Assembly (NCBI GenBank): GCA_934169575.1
Contig: CAKPOA010000002.1
Span: forward strand, 46,494 to 110,493
Direction: 5' to 3'
From: an uncultured Clostridia bacterium
GTDB lineage: Bacteria; Bacillota; Clostridia; TANB77; CAG-508
Length of the DNA stretch: 64,000 bases
Shown in pieces: positions 46,047 to 55,595 of this stretch. Each line of letters opens with the position of its first letter. Within the stretch, counting starts at the first letter, position 1. The translations under genes and the position numbers were made by a program. Under the pieces are notes generated by a model that was not told the origin of the DNA, did not search any database, and saw nothing but the letters and a program-made list of their open reading frames with translations.

Positions 46047-47039
46047 TTACCACCACATTTTAAACCCTTCATATTCTTCATCTTCAATTAAATGTTTAAT
46101 CAATTTATATACCTCTAATCTCATCAAATATTCATAACTTACTTCTCTTTCTAATTTTTTATGTTTAATTTTAGTTTGCAATCTAAGATCAATCTCTCTA
46201 GTTATTTCTTTTCTAGTATTATCTTTTATATAGGTAAAATTAAGTCCTTCCTCAAAATCTTTTTCTGTTATTTGTCTTTTATTTAACATAGAAAAAATTA
46301 ATCTATCAGCTATAATTGGTTTAAAAATCTCTGCAATGTCTAAGCATAATGAAAATCTTCTTTCAGATGGTTCATGTAAATAACTTATTGTAGGATTTAA
46401 TTGAGTTTTGTAAATTTCACTTAAAACTCTTGTATATATAATTGTATTAACATATGAAATTAATGAATTGATTGCATTATCTGGTGGATTTTTAACTCTT
46501 TTTTCAAATGCTATATCTTGATTAATTATAATATTCCATGAATCATAATAAACTTTTCTAATATTTCCTTCTATTCCCATCAATTCTGGTACATTTTTGC
46601 ATAATTTTATCTGTTTCCTTAAGTAATCTATTTCAGCCATATATTCTTTTAAATCTTTTCCTCTATTATTATAATAAGTTAAATTTCTATAGATATTATA
46701 TGATGCAGCTTCTATAAAGGCTTTTGCAATATTTAATCTTTTTTCTTTATCATTATAGTGTTCAACTTGCTTTATTAATAATTTTCCAGATACAAGTGAT
46801 TCTTTTGGATAATATGTTCCTGTATAAAATCCATAATAATTAAAAAAATGTACGTTTATGCCAAACTGTGATAAAAAATTTAATAAATTAGTATTAAAAT
46901 CAAATTCAGTCATAACATATATATCATCTACTCTTTCAACTGGTATGCTTTTCTTTGTATTATCTTTGTATACTATTTCTAATGTATTATCTTTCCTTTG
47001 AAGTCTCCCACTTTTATATAAATAATATGATTGTTTCAT
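46047..47039 (-). CDS. cas1: CRISPR-associated endonuclease Cas1
   Basis: 330 aa. Lies between cas4 and cas2. Typical Cas1 pattern (YLHEPSERRFSLCLDIAEIFKP). Confidence 0.92.
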   Translation of the reverse strand: MKQSYYLYKSGRLQRKDNTLEIVYKDNTKKSIPVERVDDIYVMTEFDFNTNLLNFLSQFGINVHFFNYYGFYTGTYYPKESLVSGKLLIKQVEHYNDKEKRLNIAKAFIEAASYNIYRNLTYYNNRGKDLKEYMAEIDYLRKQIKLCKNVPELMGIEGNIRKVYYDSWNIIINQDIAFEKRVKNPPDNAINSLISYVNTIIYTRVLSEIYKTQLNPTISYLHEPSERRFSLCLDIAEIFKPIIADRLIFSMLNKRQITEKDFEEGLNFTYIKDNTRKEITREIDLRLQTKIKHKKLEREVSYEYLMRLEVYKLIKHLIEDEEYEGFKMWW

Positions 47040-47064
47040 TTCTACAATTCCCTTCTACATAATT

Positions 47065-47553
47065 TTATACATAGCATAAATCAAAGTAAGAACATTTTTT
47101 GCAAATTTTTGAATCTATAGTTTTAGGTGGCTTATCTTGTTTTACAATATTTTTAATATTTTCTATAACATTATTTAAAATATTTCTATCATCTTCTTCT
47201 AAAATAACCTTTTTGGTTTCTCTTATCAATGGGAAATCAATTTCTGCTTTGATATTTTTTATTCCCTTTTGTTCTAAATAATACATATAATATTTTAATT
47301 GCCAAATTCCCGCTTCCTCAATTGATTTTGTTTTTTTCACTTCATGCAAAACTGCACCATTATTTATAAAATCTATATTTATAGTATTATCTATTAAAAC
47401 ACCTTTCTTTTCTCTCTTATATGTTGCTTCATCAATTATTTTTCCAATTTGTACAAGTTCACTATTTTGTTCCATATTTATTTGATTGGAAAAATACCAC
47501 AATCTTCGCTCACATATAAAATAATAATAAACCATTATTCCTGTAATATTCAT
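47065..47553 (-). CDS. cas4: CRISPR-associated exonuclease Cas4
   Basis: 162 aa. One N-terminal Cys (FICERRLW) plus the C-terminal CKKCSYFDLC, the four-Cys Fe-S pattern of Cas4. Confidence 0.9.
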   Translation of the reverse strand: MNITGIMVYYYFICERRLWYFSNQINMEQNSELVQIGKIIDEATYKREKKGVLIDNTINIDFINNGAVLHEVKKTKSIEEAGIWQLKYYMYYLEQKGIKNIKAEIDFPLIRETKKVILEEDDRNILNNVIENIKNIVKQDKPPKTIDSKICKKCSYFDLCYV

Positions 47554-47565
47554 ATATTCCTCCTA

Positions 47566-49749
47566 TTATAGTTCTCGTGAATTTATTGAATACCCTTCAT
47601 CTGCCTCTAATGATAAACCACTTTCTTTATCATATTTTGTATCAATAATATATTTTCCTTTTATGTACGGACATTCTATTATATAATTACCTAATTTATA
47701 TCTATTTTTACTATTAATTGATATAAATAATTTATCAAGTTTTCTTTTTATTTCATATTTTTTCTTCTTATTATTTTCTTTCTCGTATTCATTAAATATG
47801 TTTAAATTTTCATCATAAATATTTTTTGGAATTACATCTATATTATCAATATTTCTTAAAATATGTTGTGCCTCTTTTTTACTTGTATCATAATCTATAA
47901 TATTATCTAATATTCTAAATGATTGTATAAAACTTTTGTAAAATTCAGTTTCTTGTAGCATATCTTTTGAATATAGTTTATCAACTAAATCAATTTTTGT
48001 TTTTTCTTTTAATATTTCTCCACTATATGACATTAATAATTCTATACTTTTTTCATAAATTTCTTTATCATATATATAACCTATTCCACTTGTATCTTTA
48101 ATATATATCTTAACATTTGGTATATCTTCACTATATTCTCTACTTCTATAACATCTTCCTAATCTTTGGAACAAACTATCTAATGTAGACATTTCTGTAT
48201 ACAACCTATCAAAATCTATATCTAAAGATGCTTCAACAATTTGTGTTGTTATCCATATTCCAGCTCCATTTTCACTTTTAGAAAATTCTTTAATTTTTTC
48301 TTCTTTTTTATTTCTATCTGTTTGTATAAATCTCGAATGTAATAAATTTACATTTACTACACCTTCATCTTTTAATTTTTCATACATTTCAATTGCCTTA
48401 TTTATTGTATTAACAATTATTAATACTTTTTTATTTTTAGAATTTTCTTTTATTTCTTCTATGTTTTGTTCTATTCCAGAATCTACTAATTGGATCTTAT
48501 GTCTTATTGTATCTTTTATAAATTCTCCATATTCAAATTTTATTCCCATTTCTTCTAATTTTTCTTTATATATTCGTGGAAGTGTAGCTGTCATTATCAT
48601 AAATTTTCCATTTAAATTATTTATCATTTGCAAACCTTTTAAAATAACTGCCACTATTTCTGGCGAATATGCTTGGATCTCATCAATTATTACTTTAGAG
48701 TAACTTAATGTTGCATAGATTTTTTCATATCCTCTATATTTAAATACAAATGGAAATATTTGATCTATTGTACATGTTGTAATTTTTTCATATAAATTTC
48801 GTGCTTGATCTATTTTGTTAAATTCATTTTTCTCATCTAAATAATCAGAAGCTGTGGAATGTAATAAACCCACATGTTTATATCCAATTGTTTCTTCTAT
48901 TCTGTCATAAATTGCATTTATAGTAATTCTTAATGGCAATGTAAAAAATGTTTTATCATTATCACTCCAAAGTAATGCTCCCTCAGTTTTACCCATACCT
49001 GTTGAACCAATTACTATAACATTTTTATCTTTATTTTCTTTAGCAAATTGCTGTAAATCGTTTTGTTTAAAATTCTTCTTTTTCATAAATTGTTCAACAA
49101 AATTAGATATTTCATCATTTGTTTCATCTTCAACCGGTATCCAAGCAGAACTACAATGGTCTAATCTATGTAATAGTCCTTTCATTATACAATAATCCTT
49201 ATATATATTATCATATTCAGTTATTCTAGCTTGTCCTTCTACCATTCCCAAATATACTGTTTTTAATTCTGGAACATCTATTTCTAGTTCATTTTTTATT
49301 GTCTCAATATTCGGTTCTATATCTTCTTTTATTATCTCTTCTAGTAATTCACGATTAATATGTATTGTATTAATTCTCTCATGATGATAAAAAATCGCCT
49401 GATATACCAATTTTCTTTCTGTTTTAGTCATATCATATTGCTTATATGGTACGAACATTGGTGATATTTGTTCATGTTTCATTTGTTCATTATCAAATCT
49501 AGTTTGAATAAGTGGTTCTCCTATCGCTTTTTTTATTGCATTTTGAAACCCAGAATAAACTTTTCCTACATCATGATATTTACATATTATTTCCATTAGT
49601 TGCCAAAATCTTTCTTCTGGCATATCTATTACCTGTACAATTTTTGAACCATATTTTCTTTTTAAAATTTCTAAATTTTCCAACAATTTATCTGTATGTT
49701 CTTTTATTGTTTCTATTGGATTGGATTTTGCATAATATTTATAATTCAT
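47566..49749 (-). CDS. cas3: CRISPR-associated helicase/nuclease Cas3 (HD + DEAH helicase)
   Basis: HD domain (KYHDVGKV, FYHHER), Walker A GSTGMGKTE and DEAH-like IIDEIQAY. I take the start as ATG 49749. Confidence 0.92.
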   Translation of the reverse strand: MNYKYYAKSNPIETIKEHTDKLLENLEILKRKYGSKIVQVIDMPEERFWQLMEIICKYHDVGKVYSGFQNAIKKAIGEPLIQTRFDNEQMKHEQISPMFVPYKQYDMTKTERKLVYQAIFYHHERINTIHINRELLEEIIKEDIEPNIETIKNELEIDVPELKTVYLGMVEGQARITEYDNIYKDYCIMKGLLHRLDHCSSAWIPVEDETNDEISNFVEQFMKKKNFKQNDLQQFAKENKDKNVIVIGSTGMGKTEGALLWSDNDKTFFTLPLRITINAIYDRIEETIGYKHVGLLHSTASDYLDEKNEFNKIDQARNLYEKITTCTIDQIFPFVFKYRGYEKIYATLSYSKVIIDEIQAYSPEIVAVILKGLQMINNLNGKFMIMTATLPRIYKEKLEEMGIKFEYGEFIKDTIRHKIQLVDSGIEQNIEEIKENSKNKKVLIIVNTINKAIEMYEKLKDEGVVNVNLLHSRFIQTDRNKKEEKIKEFSKSENGAGIWITTQIVEASLDIDFDRLYTEMSTLDSLFQRLGRCYRSREYSEDIPNVKIYIKDTSGIGYIYDKEIYEKSIELLMSYSGEILKEKTKIDLVDKLYSKDMLQETEFYKSFIQSFRILDNIIDYDTSKKEAQHILRNIDNIDVIPKNIYDENLNIFNEYEKENNKKKKYEIKRKLDKLFISINSKNRYKLGNYIIECPYIKGKYIIDTKYDKESGLSLEADEGYSINSREL

Positions 49750-50410
49750 TTGGCATCCTTTCACTATAAAAATAAATATTGTCTCCATCTTCATCTTGTA
49801 ATATTTCTGTTCCTGTTAAACTTTTATTTGTATATTTTTCAACATATTTTACATTTACTTTATTCCATTTTCTAATATCATCTTGTATTTTATATGTAGT
49901 ATTTAATCTATAATTAATACCCTCTACCTCACTATCTATCCATTCTGGTATATATGCACTTTTTCCTATGTTAGGTTCATCAACTTCATTAATATTTTTT
50001 AAGATTTTTATTTCATCTATTCTTACAATATCTTCGTTTCTACCTAAAGTAAATGTTTCAACTCCATTTATTATATTTTGATATATTCTATCAATTATTT
50101 CATCTTCTGCTTGTACATGAATAATTAAATTAACATTTAATAATTGATGCACATTTCTTGGCATTGATGTTACTTTATCCTTTCCTTTATACATTCTTAA
50201 ATTCTGATAATTGCTAAATATTCCTTCATAACTTCCTTGAACAGATATATTCATAGGAAAATATTCACCTGATTGTGCTCCTAATATTTTATGAAACATT
50301 CCTATTATTGTTGAATATGGTGGCAATGGATATGTTTCTGCAACTTTGGTTGCAAATGGCTTTTTATAGCATGCTGTTTCTTGGTATAGTTTTAGTTTTA
50401 AAATTTTCAT
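49739..50410 (-). CDS. cas5: Type I-B Cas5
   Basis: 223 aa. The N-terminus KLKLYQETACYKKPFA is a Cas5-type first strand. Lies between cas7 and cas3. Confidence 0.8.
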   Translation of the reverse strand: MKILKLKLYQETACYKKPFATKVAETYPLPPYSTIIGMFHKILGAQSGEYFPMNISVQGSYEGIFSNYQNLRMYKGKDKVTSMPRNVHQLLNVNLIIHVQAEDEIIDRIYQNIINGVETFTLGRNEDIVRIDEIKILKNINEVDEPNIGKSAYIPEWIDSEVEGINYRLNTTYKIQDDIRKWNKVNVKYVEKYTNKSLTGTEILQDEDGDNIYFYSERMPNEL

Positions 50411-50428
50411 TTATACCAATCCTTTCTT

Positions 50429-51340
50429 TTATGCTTTGTAATATTCATTTACTTTTTCTTTTAATTGTTTAAAAAATTCTTCTATACTTATTGTTTTTCC
50501 TTCAAACATTTCTTCTATTTCATTTTCATTGTTAAATGTATTTTTTAATATTCCAACTTTTGTATCATCATATATTGATTTATCTCCAATTGTTAATGTT
50601 GTTGTATCTTTTAACATTTCTGTATCAATACCGAATTCTCCATTTTTTCCATTCAATTTTATTCTTCCTAAAAAGAATGGTGAATTTATGTCATACATTC
50701 CGCCAATAACAAATACTGGACTTAAATTTTCTTCTCTTCCTCTTATTTCTCTATTTAATATTTTTACTATGTCTAATAATTGATTTACTCTTTGTGTTTT
50801 TTCTTCATTTGGTAATTCTATTCCTTCATCTTTTCCTATTTTTTCTAAGTCTATTGTTATTGTATATGTGTAATAACTTAAGTGTTGTTCAACATTTGCA
50901 AGATTTGGGAATTCGTTAATTCTATCTGCTAATCCCTTATTATTTAAGAAATCCATATCACTTTTGTAATCTTCTAATGAAATAGCATTACTTAATCTAA
51001 CAGCTGCACTTCTTATATCTGACCCTTCTCCTGTATTTTTTGTTTTCATATATCCAAAAAAATCCATTTCTTGAGAATCTTTAATTGTTAATTTATCATT
51101 AAATTGAATTGTACCTTTTTCCTTATTTACAACTTCCAAATTCCAATCAAATAATTTATTTCCAAGTCGTACAATATCATATCTTAATGCTTGTCTTGAA
51201 GCATAAGTATAAACACTTCCATCTCCTCTTGATAATTTTTTTAATTCAGATATATTTCCTATACCTTCTCCATAATTTAAACTTTGAGCTTTAAATATCA
51301 TAGTAATTGATAATCCTTTTTTATTTTTTATATTATCCAT
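50429..51340 (-). CDS. cas7: Type I-B Cas7 (Cst2/DevR family)
   Basis: 303 aa. YASRQALRYDIVR matches the Cas7/DevR motif. Position in the operon fits. Confidence 0.82.
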   Translation of the reverse strand: MDNIKNKKGLSITMIFKAQSLNYGEGIGNISELKKLSRGDGSVYTYASRQALRYDIVRLGNKLFDWNLEVVNKEKGTIQFNDKLTIKDSQEMDFFGYMKTKNTGEGSDIRSAAVRLSNAISLEDYKSDMDFLNNKGLADRINEFPNLANVEQHLSYYTYTITIDLEKIGKDEGIELPNEEKTQRVNQLLDIVKILNREIRGREENLSPVFVIGGMYDINSPFFLGRIKLNGKNGEFGIDTEMLKDTTTLTIGDKSIYDDTKVGILKNTFNNENEIEEMFEGKTISIEEFFKQLKEKVNEYYKA

Positions 51341-53165
51341 CTATTTTTTCCTCCTCTTTCTTTTCATATTTATTAGATATTAATCCAGCTAAAAAGCTGT
51401 GTCCGATTGATTCAAAATCTAAGCCTGTACTTTGCATTGTTTCTAAAAAGATTGGTGATATGTCTTTACCCATGGCCATATGTAGTCTTATTACAATATC
51501 CATAAATTCTTTTTTGTTTCCTGCTTTTATACTATTTAACATTTTGTATGTATACCCATCCAATTTATTATCTTCACCTTTGTTTTTTAGTTCTTCATGA
51601 ATTTTAATTCCTAAATTATACATAACATACAATTTATCATTATTTTTCTTTATATCCATTTCTTCTTTTCCCTCCTTTTTTAATAAATTTAATATCACTC
51701 TTATTTGTGTTGCTAAAAATGAATTATATCCACTTTTCTTTTCACCTTTTTTTAGTTCTCCTCTTAATCTGTCATTAATTATATATTTTATATCTTTATT
51801 TTTCATGATATAATCAACTATTTGTAGCCTATATCTGTAATCCCATATTTTTGATAATGTTTTTTTAGCATATTGTGTAAAAAATATTGACATATATCTT
51901 TTTATGTTAAAATATTCAATTCTACTATATGCCAAATATTCAGCATCTATCTCAACCACAAATATGTTTTCTAATTGCCATGTACTTACTTGTTTATCTT
52001 GTTCTACTATATCTAATATTAATTCTGAATATGGATTTTCTTTTCTGTTTTCATATCTTGATTTATTGCTAAAATTAATATTTGTTTTATATAGCATGTC
52101 TACTCCTGTATCTAAATTTACAAAACTTAAAATACTTACTTCTTTATATATCCTTTTACCTTTATCTATATCCTTTTTTGTTTTAGTTATAGTTGTCATT
52201 CCTGCGGGTATACAAAATAAAATTAATTTACATATATCACATATTGGCATTTTCACATTTTGATTCCAAAAAAAATTATTTGACTCATTGCTTATTGCAA
52301 GTGGCAAAAAAAGTCCTTCTGAATAATTTGTTGTTAACCCTATTTCATTTTCACACATAGAGCATCTTTTAATCACTTTTTCTTTTAAATATTTTTTTAT
52401 ATCTTCAACTGTTTTAGATTTATTAATATAGTCTTTTTCTATTTTCAAATATATTTTTTCTATGTCTTGAGATATATTACCTTGTTTTGCATTTTCTATA
52501 TATTGTTGTATTTGTTCAATATTATACTTATCTTGTATAACATCATTAATAAATCCTGTTTCTACAATATTACTTACATAGTCTCTGTACATTAAATTTT
52601 TTTGTTCTTCATAACTCATAGCTGCTCTAGTTCTTTGTAAAAATGACATTTGTCCATAATATGTATTACCTAAAACTGATCTAATTATGTTAATTGTTAA
52701 TTTTTCGTTTATACTCCTCTTTTCAAAATCTTTTATCAGTACATCTTTTATTTCTTCGATTTCTTGTTTAGTTGTAGCTTTATCGATTTTATCATATTCA
52801 TTTTTCATTTCATCATATGTTATTACATCATACTTTTTTATTTTATCCATTTGTTTTTTTACAGTATCTTTAATATATTTTTTATCTGATTTTATTGTAT
52901 CTTTTCTTTGTTTTTCCTTTTCTTTTTCTTCAAAAACCATTTCTATATTATTTTCTAAATTTTCAAATGCTTTTTTGGTTCTATCTTTTACACTTTCTGC
53001 AACATTGTATTTTTTGAAAAAATAATTAAAATAATATTTATGAAAATTTCTTAAATCCTCTGTATCAAATTCAATATAGTTTTTTCTTTTAACTGCAAAT
53101 TCATTTTCATTATTTTTAAGAATCTCCAAAAAGCCTACAATTCCGTGCATTATAGAACCAATCAT
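51333..53165 (-). CDS. cas8b: Type I-B large subunit Cas8b (Cst1-like)
   Basis: 610 aa. Zn-finger-like CSMCENE...CDICKLILFCIPAG. Lies between cas6 and cas7. Confidence 0.75.
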   Translation of the reverse strand: MIGSIMHGIVGFLEILKNNENEFAVKRKNYIEFDTEDLRNFHKYYFNYFFKKYNVAESVKDRTKKAFENLENNIEMVFEEKEKEKQRKDTIKSDKKYIKDTVKKQMDKIKKYDVITYDEMKNEYDKIDKATTKQEIEEIKDVLIKDFEKRSINEKLTINIIRSVLGNTYYGQMSFLQRTRAAMSYEEQKNLMYRDYVSNIVETGFINDVIQDKYNIEQIQQYIENAKQGNISQDIEKIYLKIEKDYINKSKTVEDIKKYLKEKVIKRCSMCENEIGLTTNYSEGLFLPLAISNESNNFFWNQNVKMPICDICKLILFCIPAGMTTITKTKKDIDKGKRIYKEVSILSFVNLDTGVDMLYKTNINFSNKSRYENRKENPYSELILDIVEQDKQVSTWQLENIFVVEIDAEYLAYSRIEYFNIKRYMSIFFTQYAKKTLSKIWDYRYRLQIVDYIMKNKDIKYIINDRLRGELKKGEKKSGYNSFLATQIRVILNLLKKEGKEEMDIKKNNDKLYVMYNLGIKIHEELKNKGEDNKLDGYTYKMLNSIKAGNKKEFMDIVIRLHMAMGKDISPIFLETMQSTGLDFESIGHSFLAGLISNKYEKKEEEKIDG

Positions 53166-53212
53166 TTAAATATACTTTTACCTTCAAAATTTTTTCACCT
53201 CCTCTTTTTATA

Positions 53213-53926
53213 TTAAATCAATTGAAACATTCCGAAACCAGCACTATGCTTACTTCCAATTCCAGCCTTATAAAGATAATTTAAAAGCTCTTTATTTCCT
53301 TCAAGTTTAAATGTTCCTGCTGAACATTCTATTTGTTTTTCATAAAATTTTATAATAACTTTTTTAGGTGTTATAGGAGTTATTTTTAAAGTATCTACTA
53401 TTTCTACTGGGAAATCTGTTATTTTTAGTTGCTCTTTAATGTTTATTTTTAATACATCTTCAAATTTTTTATTTTCATATGAATAATAGTAATCTTTATT
53501 TTCAACTCTTTCTCTCACACATAATGGTGATTGAAATTTTATTATTGCAACATCCTCTGTTATTTCTTTTTCTGGCACAAGTACAATATTTTGTAATACC
53601 AATGAATTTTGATTAATTGAAAATTTTTTGTTTTTTTGATGATTAAATGCATTATACATATTAATAGCAGTTTCATAGCTTTCTATTGTCATATTCATTT
53701 CAAACTGTTTATTGTTTAGTATAATTTCTTTTTCACAAAATTCTGGTTGTCTAAAAAAAACAGAAAAAGCATAAGGTTTTATAATATTATCTTTCTGATT
53801 ATAGTATTTTTTTAATACTTTTTCACTATATTCAGATAATGACAATTTTATAAAACTGATTATGCTTCTTCTATAATCAATTGGCATTTTGTTATTTTCT
53901 AATATAAAGTATAATTTCATTCTCAT
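53213..53926 (-). CDS. cas6: CRISPR RNA endoribonuclease Cas6
   Basis: The C-terminal glycine-rich loop GIGSKHSAGFGMF is diagnostic of Cas6. First gene of the cas operon. Confidence 0.88.
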   Translation of the reverse strand: MRMKLYFILENNKMPIDYRRSIISFIKLSLSEYSEKVLKKYYNQKDNIIKPYAFSVFFRQPEFCEKEIILNNKQFEMNMTIESYETAINMYNAFNHQKNKKFSINQNSLVLQNIVLVPEKEITEDVAIIKFQSPLCVRERVENKDYYYSYENKKFEDVLKINIKEQLKITDFPVEIVDTLKITPITPKKVIIKFYEKQIECSAGTFKLEGNKELLNYLYKAGIGSKHSAGFGMFQLI

Positions 53927-54055
53927 ATTTTCTCACCTCTTTTTCTATATTTATTACTTTGTTTTTATTCTATCATAAGTTGTATGATATATAAATGTTT
54001 CTAGAATGAATACTTCTTTCTATATTGTAACCGCAAACCGTACGACTTTTTATTT

Positions 54056-54406
54056 TCATGACTTTTTTATGTATATTCCAATATTTTTAAGAACTTCAAT
54101 TGCATTAATAACTTCTTCATCTGAAAATTCTTTTAAACATTCTCTAGTTTCTTTAATAGATTCATCATCAAGTCCATACAAAATAAAATCTGTAGAATGT
54201 CCACTAATATCTCTAAGTTTTCTTAAGCTTCTATAAACTAAATTTGCTCTACCATCTTCAACTAATCCTAAAAATTGTGGAGAAATTCCTAATTCAAGTG
54301 CCATCTGAGATTTATTAAGTTTTAATTCAACCTCTCTAATTTCTCTAATGCGCTGACCTCTTCTTATATTTTCCCTTTTGTCTAAATCACGATATTTTGT
54401 TCTCAT
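54056..54406 (-). CDS. XRE-family helix-turn-helix regulator
   Basis: LKLNKSQMALELGISPQFLGLVEDGR is an HTH_3 motif. Divergent from Spo0A-like paralog 2 and upstream of the cas operon. Confidence 0.8.
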   Translation of the reverse strand: MRTKYRDLDKRENIRRGQRIREIREVELKLNKSQMALELGISPQFLGLVEDGRANLVYRSLRKLRDISGHSTDFILYGLDDESIKETRECLKEFSDEEVINAIEVLKNIGIYIKKS

Positions 54407-54544
54407 AATTACTCATCCTTTTTTATTTTATTTTTTCATGTTAATTATATAATATAAAAAACAATTTTACATAGTAAAATAACGTACAAATATATGGTAT
54501 TCTATAGAATTTTGTGGTATATTATTTTCAGAGAGGGTGATAGA

Positions 54545-55333
54545 ATGGAAAATAGACCAATGAAAATATTAGTTATTGAAGATGATGTTGAAGAATGTAA
54601 AAGTCTTGTTGAATGTGCTAAAACAATGGATAATATTGAAATAGTTGCTATTACAGACTCTGATATTACTGGCTTACAATATGTTAAATCTAAACACCCA
54701 GAAGGAATAATATTAGATCTTGAATTAAATAATGGCAATTCTGGCAATACAAGCTCTTTAAGTTTTTTATCTGACTTAAAAAACTTACACATTAATTATC
54801 AACCAATCATTATTGTTACAACACATGTTAACTCAAAAAGAACTTATGAAATATTACATAGAAATGGAGTAGATTTAATTCTCTACAAAGACCATCCAAA
54901 ATATTCTCATAAATATGTTCTTAACAATTTTTTAACTTTTAGGGATACTCTTAATACATTTAATTCAAATTCTGTTCAAGATCAAATAATTGACCTAGAT
55001 AGTAAAATTTCAAATTGCATTGATCATGAATTAGATATAATTGGTGTAGGAAGAAATTTAAAAGGTAGAAAATATATACATGATGGAATTCTATTTTTAA
55101 TTCAAAATGATGGTACAGATACAAATGTTATGCAATATTTGTCAAAAATACACAAAAAATCTGCTAGTACAATAATAAATGGCGTTCAAAATGCCATTGC
55201 TCACGCTTGGCGTGTTTCTCCAATAGAAGATTTAACAGTTAATTATACAGCTAAAATCAACTATGAAACTGGTGTGCCAACGCCTATGGAATTTATTTAC
55301 TATTATGTTGATAAAATAAAAAAATTAATTTAA
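54545..55333 (+). CDS. Spo0A-like response regulator, paralog 2
   Basis: 262 aa, collinear with 26517..27305 without gaps. Roughly four of five residues are identical by eye. Nucleotide similarity starts about 60 bp upstream of the ATG. I take the start as ATG 54545 (RBS GAGGGTG). Confidence 0.75.
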   Translation: MENRPMKILVIEDDVEECKSLVECAKTMDNIEIVAITDSDITGLQYVKSKHPEGIILDLELNNGNSGNTSSLSFLSDLKNLHINYQPIIIVTTHVNSKRTYEILHRNGVDLILYKDHPKYSHKYVLNNFLTFRDTLNTFNSNSVQDQIIDLDSKISNCIDHELDIIGVGRNLKGRKYIHDGILFLIQNDGTDTNVMQYLSKIHKKSASTIINGVQNAIAHAWRVSPIEDLTVNYTAKINYETGVPTPMEFIYYYVDKIKKLI

Positions 55334-55339
55334 AATTCG

Positions 55340-55372
55340 AAACTACTCTAGCTTATGAGTAGTTTATTTTTA
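55340..55372. terminator. Bidirectional rho-independent terminator
   Basis: AAACTACTC-tagcttat-GAGTAGTTT followed by ATTTTTAAT. Lies between convergent genes. Confidence 0.7.
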
Positions 55373-55388
55373 ATCTAATTTTAAAAAT

Positions 55389-55595
55389 TTAATCTTCAAA
55401 ACTTTTTTCGACTTCTTCAGAAACTATTTTAACTCTTTCCTCAAACCCAACAAGTGCTGCAAAAGGTGCAAATTGTGCTGCTCTTTGTTCAATTGACATT
55501 TTTGAATGTTTTGTAGAAACATGATGTGGTAAATTTATTATATCTTCATATTTATTATTAGCCTTTGTGTCCACCAACTTGTGCATTTCTTTCAA
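55389..55595 (-). CDS. YolD-like protein
   Basis: 68 aa. RAAQFAPFAALVGFEE is the YolD-family core. Overlaps the end of a Y-family polymerase gene, as in B. subtilis uvrX-yolD and yqjW-yqzH. Confidence 0.75.
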   Translation of the reverse strand: MKEMHKLVDTKANNKYEDIINLPHHVSTKHSKMSIEQRAAQFAPFAALVGFEERVKIVSEEVEKSFED

